In this document: positions 27,651 through 39,758 of the stretch, one piece after another
Layout of the letters: every line of letters begins with the position of its first letter
How positions within the stretch are numbered: the stretch's first letter is position 1
Assembly: GCA_951406725.2 (NCBI GenBank)
Contig: OX597822.1
Coordinates: 55,056,001 to 55,120,000, forward strand
Origin: Octopus vulgaris
Taxonomy: Eukaryota
DNA: 64,000 nt
Reading direction: 5' to 3'
Position numbers and translations under genes: made by a program
Notes under the pieces: generated by a model
Told to the model about the DNA's origin: nothing
The model's input: the letters and a program-made list of their open reading frames with translations, nothing else
Database searches by the model: none

Positions 27651-28466
27651 TTACTTTTCCTTGTTCAGGTCAAAGTTTCCGTCCAGCTTTTCGTTAATCA
27701 CCGTCGGTGGAGTACAGAAACCACTTCTGCTAATGGAAGGGTTTACTTCAATGATAGTTGGGGGAGTACAGAACTGACTCTTGTCAGAACCTTCATCGTT
27801 TGTATCAACATCAGAAATATTATCGCTGCCATCTGAATCCGAAACATCTAGATCCATAACGGTTGGTGGTTCACAGAACATACTTTTGTTACGCGACACG
27901 ACCGATCCCACCATATTGCCATTAGGTAAAGGACTCGGGAAAATATCTTTTACACGTCCATTCGATTTTCGCGCTGTTTTTGATTTTCTCGCAAGGCGGG
28001 TAGAGGTGCCTTTTGTAGACTTTGAACATTTTCTCTTGGTTACACTCCTTGTTTGATATTTCGGGAATTTTTTGTTAGAGACTACCACTAACTTGCTAGG
28101 TTTGCGGCGATTTCTCTTGTTTTTCGTTGTGCGAGACGAGGGTTTATGTGTAGTTTTCCGTTGTGATGGAATATTTCTTCGATCGCTCTCTGTAAACAAC
28201 TCATTTAAATCGACAACTTCACAATCACTGAATGTACGGTCAAATCGACTGAATATCGACTCGAATTTTTTCCGTTGTATATTCCCGTTCGCCTTCAGGC
28301 ATTTCGCCAAGTCCATAGTAACTGAACTCGGTAATCGTGGTTGTAAAAAGTACGATTGATCGTTGCTAGTGAATGTTTCAATGTTAGGGTAGACCGATGA
28401 TGATTTTGTAAAGCGGTGTAAGATGAGTTCAGTGATTGCTGAACTGCGTAGTATCGCATTGTTCAT
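27651..28466 (-). CDS. Putative Scm3/HJURP-family CENP-A chaperone (271 aa; alternative start M51 at 28316)
   Basis: Longest ORF in the window, non-repetitive and CpG-rich. DLAKCLKANGNIQRKKFESIFSRFDRTFSDCEVVDLNEL matches the Scm3-domain pattern by eye. It is followed by a basic K/R/S region, an acidic patch and three FCxPPT repeats. Confidence 0.72.
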   Translation of the reverse strand: MNNAILRSSAITELILHRFTKSSSVYPNIETFTSNDQSYFLQPRLPSSVTMDLAKCLKANGNIQRKKFESIFSRFDRTFSDCEVVDLNELFTESDRRNIPSQRKTTHKPSSRTTKNKRNRRKPSKLVVVSNKKFPKYQTRSVTKRKCSKSTKGTSTRLARKSKTARKSNGRVKDIFPSPLPNGNMVGSVVSRNKSMFCEPPTVMDLDVSDSDGSDNISDVDTNDEGSDKSQFCTPPTIIEVNPSISRSGFCTPPTVINEKLDGNFDLNKEK

Positions 28467-28506
28467 GACAACAGGTTATTGTCGAAGCAGTAGCAAAACC
28501 GCTTCA

Positions 28507-28545
28507 TTTGAAATTTGATAATCACTTCACAACATTGTATTTATA
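28507..28545 (-). promoter_or_regulatory. Candidate TATA box and CHR upstream of the Scm3-like ORF
   Basis: TATAAA on the minus strand at 28540-28545; TTTGAA at 28507-28512. Short motifs in AT-rich DNA, so weak evidence. Confidence 0.35.
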
Positions 28546-29302
28546 TATTGAAAGACTTGTCTTAAAAATTATATAAACTTCTAATAAATACCGTTTCCTC
28601 TCATTTTCTTTTCTCACACATTTCTCTTGTTTATTGCCTTTATATAAATATATATTTGTTATTTATGTATTGGTTTATGTCTATCACTGTTTGAGTTGCA
28701 TAATAGTGTTGTTTTTATCTCTAATTCATATTTAGAACCGTAAGATTGCCATATATATATATATATATATATATAAACATTACTTTATATAATTAGGGTT
28801 CAGCAAAAAAAATTGCTTTACCACAGTAGAAGAAATAGCTAATTATTTTGGCTGCTATTTCTAAAAGTTCGGTATGTGGTAAAGCAAATTTTTTTGCTGA
28901 ACCCTAATTATATAAAGTAATGTTTAAATTTACCATAAATGGTCCTTTTACATACTGAACACTGCTTGGTAAAATTATTAATTACTAATTAATTAATTAA
29001 TTTTGCCCTTTATTATTATTGACTATATATATATATATATCAATTTATTTGAACATATTCAATTCTGTACAATATCAAAAGAATTTGATATTGTACAGAA
29101 TTGAATATATTCAAATAAATTGATGCCTATACAACAGATTCTCTGGGGCTTTTTTTTCTATTCTTAAATAATTTATATCCATATCAATCAATGCGAAACT
29201 AACATCTTTGTTTTTTCACTGATGCTGGATAAAACCGGCGAACTTTGGATGCTAACAACTCTTTAAGAGGATTTCATATCTGATTTAATTGTGTGTGCGT
29301 GC

Positions 29303-29344
<42 letters not shown>

Positions 29345-30013
29345 CTTTCTGTTCCTCTTTTTTCTTCTACGGCACACCACTTACGAGTGGATGTTACTGA
29401 TTTTAAGAGTGTTGCGAAAGGCCTGATTGGTGGCCCAAACTTTTGAGTTCTTTTACAAGGCCTAGAAAAACTGATGGGTCGTTGTAATAAGCGAATACGA
29501 GAGGGGATAATGTTGAATAAAATCATAATTAACTGATCCCCCTGCATTTCCTTCTACCCAAAACCAGGAACTTTTCAGTACCTTCTCGTATATCACACAA
29601 GCCAATATATCTCTTACGCGATCTATAAACTTACTAGAAATAGCAACCAAATCCCTGGCATGATGTATAGTTTAGGAAATGCATATCTCTTTAATCTTGA
29701 TTATTATTTACTATTCTCCTTTATTCCTGCATGTGTCTTTTCTTACTGTTCACTTTTGCAGCTTGTTCTAAATTTGGATATCCCTAAATTCTTATTGTAA
29801 TATTCTTAAATAAAATCAGTTTTATCTTGTAAACTAGAACACTGCTATCGTTTTATTACCGGGTCTAAAAAAGGCGTGGCATCTTAAGCAAGTGCATTTC
29901 TTCCGTTTCGATGGTCTGAGAGAAAATTTGAGAAAAAACATCTAGAGAAAATATGAAAAAATACTGCTGGTTGGAAAAAATTTTAGGATCTTTACCAAAG
30001 CCTGTCTATGGAT

Positions 30014-31598
30014 CTAGTTAAATTGATTCACAAAATAAGCCCCCTTTAAATTTGCTTAGATGGGTTTCAATTTTAGTGTATCGATGCAACTCTGAATTTT
30101 GATTACGATCAACAAATTACTTTATCACGTAAATTGGCGATCTTTCGTCTCTAGTAGACCTTTCCGTCGATTTCCGTAAAAAATTTTTTTTTTTTTTTAC
30201 ATATGGGCTTGCGGGAACTTTTGAAGTAATATACATACATATACACATACACCGAGTAAAAAATTTCAGTTATCTCTTTCACACATTACTCTGTCTCTTC
30301 ACACATACTAACAGAAGCACTTCACTTACACAACATACTGTCTGTCTCCCACACCCCATCAAACACACACACACACACACACACATGTACATCAATGCTT
30401 CCCATACACGGTAACTTCAAAAGAACTTCCCTCGTCATACAATCGCTTTCTCTTAGTCTCTTTCGCTCTCATTACTTCAAAAGTTCCCGCAAGCCCATAT
30501 GTAAAAAAAAAAAATTTTTTACGGAAATCGACGGAAAGGTCTACTAGAGACGAAAGATTGCCCGTAAATTAAAGAATCTGATATTTGGAATTAAAGTTGG
30601 GAAAATCTGAGTAATTTTAGCCAATCAACAGACAGCGAAGTATTAACAACTTGTTACCATTACAACCACACGTTGTCTTGTGTTTCACTTCAGTGCTGCA
30701 TGTATGAGTAGGTGTTGTGTGGAACGGTATATGTGCGTTCGTGTGTGGGTATGTATGTGGGGTACTAGGTCTGTGGGTAGACCGATCTTACGTTACAGGG
30801 ATGTTTGCAAAAGGGATACGAAGGCCTGCAACATCAATATTAGCGGTTGGGAGGCAGTTGCCGGCAACCGTGGAGAATGGCGACGTACAGTAAAAGAGGG
30901 AATACAAAAGAGTGACAGAAAGAAAGAGGAGAAATGGAAAGAAAGGAAGAGACGTAAACAAGAGACTATGGCACTACAACCAGCCAGGAACAGTCTTCGG
31001 TACATTTGCGGTACCTGCCAGAGGGAGTGTTTGTCCAGGATAGGACTACAGAGCCACAGCAGGAAATGTATCAGGACATGAAATATAAAAGCCGGACTAG
31101 ACTTAAAAAAAAAAAAAAAATGCGCAACTCCATTGACTCCCGAGACAGAAAGGATGCCAATACAATACAATATAATGTGGGGTATATGTGTATGAGGGTG
31201 GTATATATGTGCGTTCCTATGTGTATGTTGTGTGTGGGATCTTGTTAAATCGATTCACATGTACATATAAACTTACATATGAATACATGAACTTATATAT
31301 TAATGATGTACATGACAGGTATACATAATACAGAAATACGCATAAAGTAAACACAAGTAACAGGTCACTTCACAGACGCTAAACTAAATTTCACAGGGTA
31401 CAACCTTTAAGTTGACACCGCTAAAAATACACAGGCTTTTCGATTTTTAAACATCTGTAACTTTTCCCCAAATTTTTTCTCCACAAGATCATGGATTCAC
31501 AACAATAAGAGTGGAAAACTACATCAATATAACCGATTTTCAGATCTTTTACTTCCTTTTTTAAAAAAGATGCAGATTCTGTGAATCAATTTAACTAG
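30014..31598. mobile_element. MITE-like element with a nested ~90-bp-TIR element (about 30140-30558) and an RTE fragment
   Basis: ctagttaaattgattcaca / tgtgaatcaatttaactag; inner arms atctttcgtctctagtagacc / ggtctactagagacgaaagat. Confidence 0.65.
30760..31172 (+). mobile_element. RTE (BovB-like) LINE 3' fragment
   Basis: GRPILRYRDVCKRD...WEAVAGNRGEWR...CGTCQRECLSRIGLQSHSRKC; short (AATAC)n tail. Confidence 0.85.
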
Positions 31599-31721
31599 AA
31601 TCCAAAGCTCCGTTTTGTCTTGAACTTTACCTGAGAATAATGTAGAGTACACATGTTCGTGAAACTTACACAAATATGTATGTATGAGGATGAAGCATAT
31701 ATATATATATATATATATATA

Positions 31722-33721
31722 CTAGCTTGAGGTGACCCGCTCTACGCGCGGGTAAGAGTGTGGTTGTTATTTTCTGTTGCATCCTTTCGCCACGTAAAAA
31801 GTACCATCCGAACGTGGCCGATTGCAGCACCGCCTTGACTGGCTTCAGTGCCGGTGGCACGTAAAAAGCACCAACCGATCGTGGCTGCTGCCAGCGCCCC
31901 TACCCCCGTGGCACCTGTGCTGGTGGCACGAAAAAGGCACCCACTACAATCACGGAGTGGTTGGCGTTAGGAAGGGCATCCAGCTGTAGAAACACTGCCA
32001 GATCACACTGGAGCCTGGTGCAGCCTCCTGGCTTCCCAGACCCCGGTCAAACCGTCCAACCCGTGCTAGCACGGGAAAACGGACGTTAAACGATGATGAT
32101 GATGATTCTCCCTCTTTGTTTCTCTCGCCCTTTCCCACTCTCTTACTCTTCCTTTCTCTCGGACTCTCCCTCGCTTTCTCTTACTCTCTATCTATCTCTC
32201 TCTCCCATTTATAAACAACAAAAGATCTTGAGTAAGTTGAGAAAGAAAGTAGTTTGAAAGATCAATCATAAATATCAGGCAGTGACAACGGAAAGGTCTG
32301 CTTCAAGGCAGAAAGCAAAACACTAACATTTAAAAGGGACAGACGAACTTGCGAGCTGAAAAAAAAGAATATTGGAAGCCAAAGTTTGAAGGGATGGAAT
32401 CTGAAGATAGTAGAGTCACCATGGCTGGCATTTCTTAACAACGGACAGCAACATAGTGGCAGTTTAATGGCTGGCGTAAAATTTTGAACTTGATGTAAAA
32501 GAAAATTCCTAAACACCAAGTTTTGAAGTGATTCTTTCTCACGACAGTAGACTCACCATGGCAAGCATTCAAAACTTCTTCTTCATGGACGGCAAAACAT
32601 TGACGATTTAAAAGGCTGGAGCCAATTTTTTAGCTTGATGTAACAGAAAATTCCTAAACACCCGCTCCTGTAAATTTTAATCCCCTTCCAGCCCCATTTA
32701 GACCCCTTTTCACACTTTGGTTAATATAACCCGATTTCATTCGGGTCTAATCGGGCCACATTTTATAAGATGAGGAATTTTGTCCTATAGGTTACGCCTT
32801 TCATTTGAGGAAAAAAATAGTTGCCATGCAAACTCGCCAGCACTTTTAACATAGGTGTGCATATTTTCAGCTCAACCGACCACATAATGCACACATTATA
32901 TATATATAGAAGTACATATATATGCATTATTTATATATATATATATGTGTGTGTGTACGTATTGTATATATAAATGTATACAAATTGTATATATATATAT
33001 ATAAATACAGATATATACACTTTGTATATATACATATTTATATATAGAACACACACACATATATAAATTAACCCAATAAATATCTGATTCATAATATATA
33101 TTTGTTCTCATGATTGTGGTGGTGGTGGTGGCGATGATAATTCTCTCTATGAATGCAGACAGACATCGAGAGAGAGTGTGTGTGACAGCGCTGGTGAAGG
33201 TGGCAGGGGAAAGATAGTAAAATTTCCCTCGCTTTCTCTTACTCTCTATCTATCTCTCTCCCATTTATTAACAACAAAAGATCGTGAGTAAGTTGAGAAA
33301 GAAAATATTTTTATGCTTTTAAAACCCTTCGTCGTTATTCTCATTCATTCATTATTACATTTTCCCTTCCTTTCACATTCTCTCTATAACGTTATAGAGA
33401 GAAAGTGAAAGGAAGGGATGTAGGACGCTGTGAAACGACATTATAGATAGAATGTGATGGGAAGGGAGGAAAGAAAGTGAGTGATGGAGGAAGACAGATA
33501 CATAAAAGAATGAGAGTAGACTTTGTCAAAGTGCGTTTTCGGCCCCAGCAACGGCACCTTTTAAGATGGAGATTTCTAACCTAGCCCACTCGCATCCTCA
33601 CCTCATTTTACATGTCCCTATAAATTTTGGAGTCAATCCGACAGGATCTATTGGCCTTTAACCCGTTCTCAATGCCAAAACCAGACAAGCAAACAAACAA
33701 ACAAACTTTTCGCATTTCAGA

Positions 33722-33730
<9 letters not shown>
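31722..33730 (-). mobile_element. Helitron-like element with nested RTE tail and microsatellites
   Basis: CTAG at 31722 next to hairpin cccgctctacgcgcggg; the other end runs into (TA)n. Confidence 0.6.
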
Positions 33731-33791
<61 letters not shown>

Positions 33792-34198
33792 CAGTGATCT
33801 TTCGATATGAGAATCGTGTTTATCACTTCTTAAAGCACATGTATTTATTTATGTTTCTGAAGATCGTCGCTTTCTGTAAACTTAAAAAAATTTTTTGCAT
33901 ATGTGGGATGAAGGGAAGGGGGAAAGGAGATCTTTTGAAGTCGACGTGAAAGCGAAAGAGACTGAGAGAGCGCGATTGGATCAGGGAAGTTCTTTTGAAG
34001 TTGGCATACCATGTATGTGTGCGTGTTTGATGGAGTGTGCGTGACAGAAAGTGTGGTGTGTATGTGAAGAGACAGAGAGTAATGCTACTGGTGTGTGTGT
34101 GAGAGAGAGAGAGATAAATGAAAATTTTTTTATTCACTTTTTGTAGTGAGTGATTGACAGAGAAAAAGAGACAGAGGTTGTTTTGTATGTATGTATTA

Positions 34199-34252
<54 letters not shown>

Positions 34253-34292
34253 TTTGTATATATGTATATATATGTGTGTATATATATATCAT

Positions 34293-34696
34293 GTAAAATC
34301 AAGTAGCAACACCGAATGGCGGTGCCCCAGCATGGCCACAGCTCGTGAGCTGAAACTAGATGAAATGAAAAAATGAAAAAAATGAATACGAGAAGAAAAT
34401 GGATGTAAATAACAAGGAGAAACTTGACGTTTTCGCTTGTATGTCATTAATTTAATTAATGAACAAAGAAGGTAGCATTTACGATCGTTTCAATTTACTA
34501 GTTTTAGTAAATATCTTCAGCACACACATATATATATATTAACGACATACAAGCGAAACCGTCAAGTTTCTCCTTGTTATTTACATCCAGTTTCTTCTCG
34601 TATTCATTTTTTTCATTTTTTCATTTCATCTAGTTTCAGCTCACGAGCTGTGGCCATGCTGGGGCACTGTCATTCGGTGTTGCTACATGATTTTAC
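34293..34696. repeat. ~150-bp inverted repeat next to (TA)n, with a hammerhead in the spacer
   Basis: 34293-34445 is the reverse complement of 34544-34696. Confidence 0.85.
34475..34520 (-). ncRNA. Minimal hammerhead core, 5' strand of stem I lost
   Basis: CTGAAGA-t-ATTTACTA(aaac)TAGTAAAT-t-GAAAC-GATC-GTA. Confidence 0.6.
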
Positions 34697-35588
34697 TTCA
34701 CAAATGCTTTTTAGCAATTGACATTTGGTGCATGAGAGAGTTTGATGCAGCTGCCCTCATCTGCACCTCCTGCCGTGAAGTTGGTTCATCTGGGACACCT
34801 GACAGGAAGAGGTCCAGCTTTATTTATATATGTATGTATCATCATCATCATCGTTTAACGTCCGTTTTCCGTGCTAGCATGGGTTGGACGGTTCGGCCAG
34901 GAGGCAACACCAGGCTCCAGTCTGATATGGTAGTGTTTCTATAGCTGGATGCCCTTCTTAACACCAACTACTCTGAGAGTGTAGTGGGTGCTTTTTACAT
35001 GCTAGGGGAGTCTGGCAGCGGTCATGATCGGTTGGTGCTTTTTAAATGCCACCAACACAGAAGCCAGTCAAGGTGGCACTGGTATCAGCCATGTTTGGTT
35101 GGTGCTTTTTACGTGGCACCAGCACAGGCATCACAACTACAATTTCCATTTGATATTTATTTTGGTGTTGATGTACTTGACTCAATAGGTCTCCTCAAGC
35201 ACAGCAGGTCACCCTACGATCCAAGGTAAGCACAGCAGGTCGTTCTGCAATCCAAGGTACTTTGGATGGGCTGAGGCTATGCGAAACTCGTGCAGGAAAC
35301 AGCCATGAACTCACATTATTTGTTGGGTCTTTGTGAGTTCATGGCTGTTTCCTGCACAAGTTTCGCATAGGCCCAGGCCATCCAAAGTACCTTGGATTGC
35401 AGAACGACCTGCTGTATGTATATATATATATATATACAAAATGAGAAAATGGAGAAACATACCTAAATCAATCATCAACCATCAGATAATACCCAATCAA
35501 TACTTTATAAAAACCATTACACCACAGCAATGATATTATACATTGATATAGTACAAATATAACAAGACATAGAAATAGAAAATACATT

Positions 35589-35890
35589 TATATATATATA
35601 TATATATATACATACATATATATATGTATGTATACATATATGTATATATATATGTATATATATGTATGTATATATTTGTATATATATATATATGTATGTA
35701 TATATACATACATGCACATGTCTATATATGCATTATATATACATTGATATATATACACGCATACATATATACACATATGTATTTTATATATATATATATA
35801 TATATATCCATCTATGTTTATATATATGTGAGTGTGTGTATTTACAGCTATGTATATGTATATACATATATGTATATATATATATTACAT
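35589..35890. repeat. Degenerate (TA)n/(TACA)n microsatellite; similar tracts at 32897-33100, 33725-33789 and 37919-38130
   Basis: Direct reading. Confidence 0.9.
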
Positions 35891-35891
35891 A

Positions 35892-37480
35892 CTAGCAGAG
35901 ATACTCGGCATTGCCTGTGTTATATGCAATTGAAGAATTAGACTTTTCTGTTATATTTTCTGTAAGGAACTGGTATAGCTATGACTTGAATTTCATCAAA
36001 ATTGCAGATGAGGGCTCTTTCCCTCTTTACACACCCTAAAAAAATTGTAATCATGACACATGTACCCATTTTTATGCGCAGATTCCAAAATTCCAGTCTT
36101 TATAGAACCTGTTAAAAGGATTTTGCTCCTGAAAAATGGAGGTCATGGAACTCTAACCAGAGAAGTTGAAATGTTGAGAATCTTTTTAACTTGGGTCTTA
36201 TATCTGTTGTTTGAATTTCTTTGAAATAGGAAATATATGTATGTTCACTGGGTTTATAAAAGAGAGTAAAGCTACAGGAAACCAAAAGAAGAATGATCAC
36301 AATAAGCAGTCAGCTACCCTACCCTAGTCGTTACCTCTCCCAATGTAGGATTCCTCACCATACAGGTGACAGGCACAGCCGTAAGATGCATTACGAATCT
36401 ATAACAATTGGAAGAGCGTGACCCAACTGATAAAAACATTAACAACTTTGTGACATGAGGGCTAAGGAGAATGGAAAGTGTCACCCCTGGAGTTTGCAAA
36501 TGACCACTATACTGATACGGAACTGGACAGAATAAATTTACAATCTATAAATGTCTTTGAATAACCAGTCACTCATCTTGGAAGGCCTTGAAATCAATGT
36601 TACCATCTGGGGACTATGTGTGACCTAGTGATAATAAAAAGACTGAAAGGAGGTCTGCAATCAAATAACTTTACTCAACACTTTGCAACTGAATCAGTGG
36701 GGGCAGAGATGCCTCTCCTTTACTTGACAATTTATGCACCACATTGCAGAAATCACAATCTAAGTATATGTCAAAGCAAACTCTTAAATTGCTGTACCAT
36801 TGAATTACAAATAATGCTCATCTTTTATGCTCGGGTGACCCTACAGCTTCCAAGAGTACAACTGCATTCGTCTTTGCTTAGATAAAATGACTAAATTGTG
36901 GGTGTTAAGTCCCTAGGGAGGGGTCTATCTAACTTGTAAGAAGATGAAATTTTATAAATATTACTTCATTTGTATCTAATATCCATGGTTAAAATTTCAT
37001 CAACAGCAAAAATATATGAATTGTTATGGGGGTTATGGCCGTTGTGCATAGCATATAATTTCCAAATTTCGTAAAGATCCATTCAGTACTTTTGACCTAG
37101 ATTTGGATCATAAAAGAAATGACTAAAATTTGGGAGTTAAGGCCTCCATTAGGGTGTCGTATAATCCTCATGTGAAGTGGAAACTTTCAGAATACTTCTT
37201 GATGTGTGTCAATTACTCGTGGTTGAAATTTCATCAACATCGAAAATTTATGAATTAAGCCATTTGAAATTCAAACCAAACATATGCATTGAATCTAAGT
37301 TTCAAATATAAGGATCCATTCAGTAAGTTTGGTCCATGAAATTGTATGAAACACACAGCATTACCCTTCTCCCTAGGTTTGGATTTTGTGTTCCAAATTT
37401 CATTATGATCGGTGCAGCAGTTCTCGAATGTATAAGTAACACACGAACACACATAAAGACATTGACTTTGATATAATAGA
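35892..37480 (-). mobile_element. Helitron with decayed PIF1-helicase remnant
   Basis: CTAG end at 35892 and TC end at 37480. Minus-strand fragments RGISAPT and QFRISIVVICKLQG resemble RAILAPTN and QFPxxLAFAMTINKSQG. Confidence 0.6.
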
Positions 37481-38783
37481 TATGAATATGCACATATACA
37501 TACATGTATATATATGTGCGCGCGTGTGTGTGTGTATTATATACACACACACTCACACACATACATAAACATAAATTGATAGATACAACTGAGTGGGCAA
37601 ACAAAAATATGAGACACTGCCTAGTGCTTTTTTTTTATAAGCCTGGTACTTATTCTATCAGTTTCTTGTCAAACCAGTAAGTTATGGGGATGTAAATAAA
37701 CGAACAGCAGTTGTGAAGCAGTGATAGGGAGATATATACATACATATATATATACAATTGATTTCTTTTAGTTTCTGTCTACAAAATCCGCTGGCAAGGC
37801 TTTGGTTGGTCTGAGGCTATAGCAGAAGACAACATGCCAAGTCACCACACAGTGGGACTGAACCCGAGATGATGTGTTTTGGAACCAAGTTTGTTACCAT
37901 AGAGCCACACCTGCACCTATGTATGTGTGTATATATGTATGCATGTATATATGTGTATATATTACATATACATCTATATATATATACATCTACACATATA
38001 CATCTATATCTATAGAAATACATCTATACATATACATCTATATATATACAGCTATACATATACATCGGTTAATATATCCATGTATATATATATATATACA
38101 TCCATATATATATACATGTATATATATATGTAACGGCAGAAATATGTTTTGGTGTAGTTACCAATTGTAACGGGAGAAATTTGATTTGGTACACAATATT
38201 ATGAAATGTTATGGTCAGCAGTTGTGATGATAAGTGTTTGTTATTAAAACGGCAAGTTGTAAAATGTATAAGATGAACAATGCATGAAGTTTAAAGAAAG
38301 TATTTATTTACCGTTACGTTACACTATTGAAGTGAAAGTATCTGACATTACAATAGAGAAATGTTATTGTTTCACTTTTGACACGTAATACTGAAATAGT
38401 GGAGAAGATATGATATTGCTGTGGGCTCGCACTAGGCAAGAAGTTAAAAGATTTTTGGCCTATGGCACTACATGGACCTAAAGTAAGGCATGTGTAAAAT
38501 TTGAATGAAATTGGTTGTGTAGTTCTCAAGTTTTAGGGTTTCACACAGACAGGGACACACACATTCTCATCTTTATATATATATATATATATAATTACAT
38601 TTGGGGTGTGGGGAACTAGGGTACCCTAAAATGCACGAGGACGGGATAGACTATCAGTACCTACGCTGGTCTGAAAGATAAGAAAATGCCATTGCCCCTA
38701 TGTATCTATCTCCTACTAAGTAGCTATGCTAGTACCTTACTAAGCTCTCCGAGAATGGTGACATTGATGCTGTTTATGTTTAC

Positions 38784-39271
38784 CTCGAACATCTGTAAGT
38801 CTATGTCTGCAGGAAAACGAGCGTTCCTAAAAAAAGAGTAATTTTTTCCGTGTGGAGGTTTCAAGCATATACATCAAAAGATAACGAACATGCAAGAAAA
38901 AAAAAATACCGTACCCATTTCCTTATTTTTTTTTCAATTTGGAAGGGTTTTTTCGACTTTTTTTTTTCAGATTTATGCTATGATTATTTTTGAAGAATAA
39001 ATTACTGACACTTAAAAATTAAATAGGTGTGTGTATGGACGGGTGTAGCAGATGTTTAAAATTTACGAAAACCAGGAGCATAAAACTCCCACATCTCTCT
39101 TTTTTTTTTTTTAACTTCTTTTTGTTCACATGCGTAATCTACAATGCTTAAAGTAATATACCGTAAGAAATTACAGTTTTTGTAGCACTAGATAATTACT
39201 GACTCTATTCTACAAGTACGCCCAGAACTGACGATGCTCATTCACTCTTACAAGTTTACTTCAGAGATCAT
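38784..39271 (-). CDS. Candidate first two exons (39252-39271, 38784-38826) of an unidentified gene divergent from MadBub
   Basis: ATG...TT|gtaaga and tttttttag|G...GAG|gtaaac join in phase to MISEVNLNARFPADIDLQMFE; no family recognised. Confidence 0.4.
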
Positions 39272-39758
39272 TTATTGGCAGGATTGTAACACCGTCGGAA
39301 CAAATACCGCAAGGTACAGGCGAGATCGACTATGATTTTCTGGCTTCCGGAGTCGATAAATAAAATACCGAAGTTGCTGCCCTTGTGCCTAAATCAGAAA
39401 CAATTATTATTTATATATCATTATTATCTAATAATGTCATCATTATTATCTAATAAAATTAAAATGGAATCTTTTCCTTTTGAATGGCAGAGAATTTCTA
39501 GTTAACTAAACACTTTAAAACTTCGTATACTGGTAGAATGTGTCAAAATAAAACATTTTTTTCTCTTGGCTTTCTTGAGAAAATTGTAATTTGTTTGTTT
39601 AACGTAGTTTAATTTTTCGAATTTTAACCAATCCTATGCTCTCTTTTGAGCTCTTTTATTGATATAAAATTAAATTTTACATTAAAAAAATATTTTATTT
39701 GTTTGGTATTTAGTTTTCCTGACTTCTTTCTGACTGATAATGTAATTATAAACAACAG

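Noticed and set aside
27781-28359. Plus-strand ORFs of 91 and 95 aa
   Set aside because: Antisense shadows of the 271-aa ORF.
31590-31640. Apparent minus-strand splice site (ttctcag/gtaaag)
   Set aside because: Lies at the terminal inverted repeat of the 30014-31598 element.
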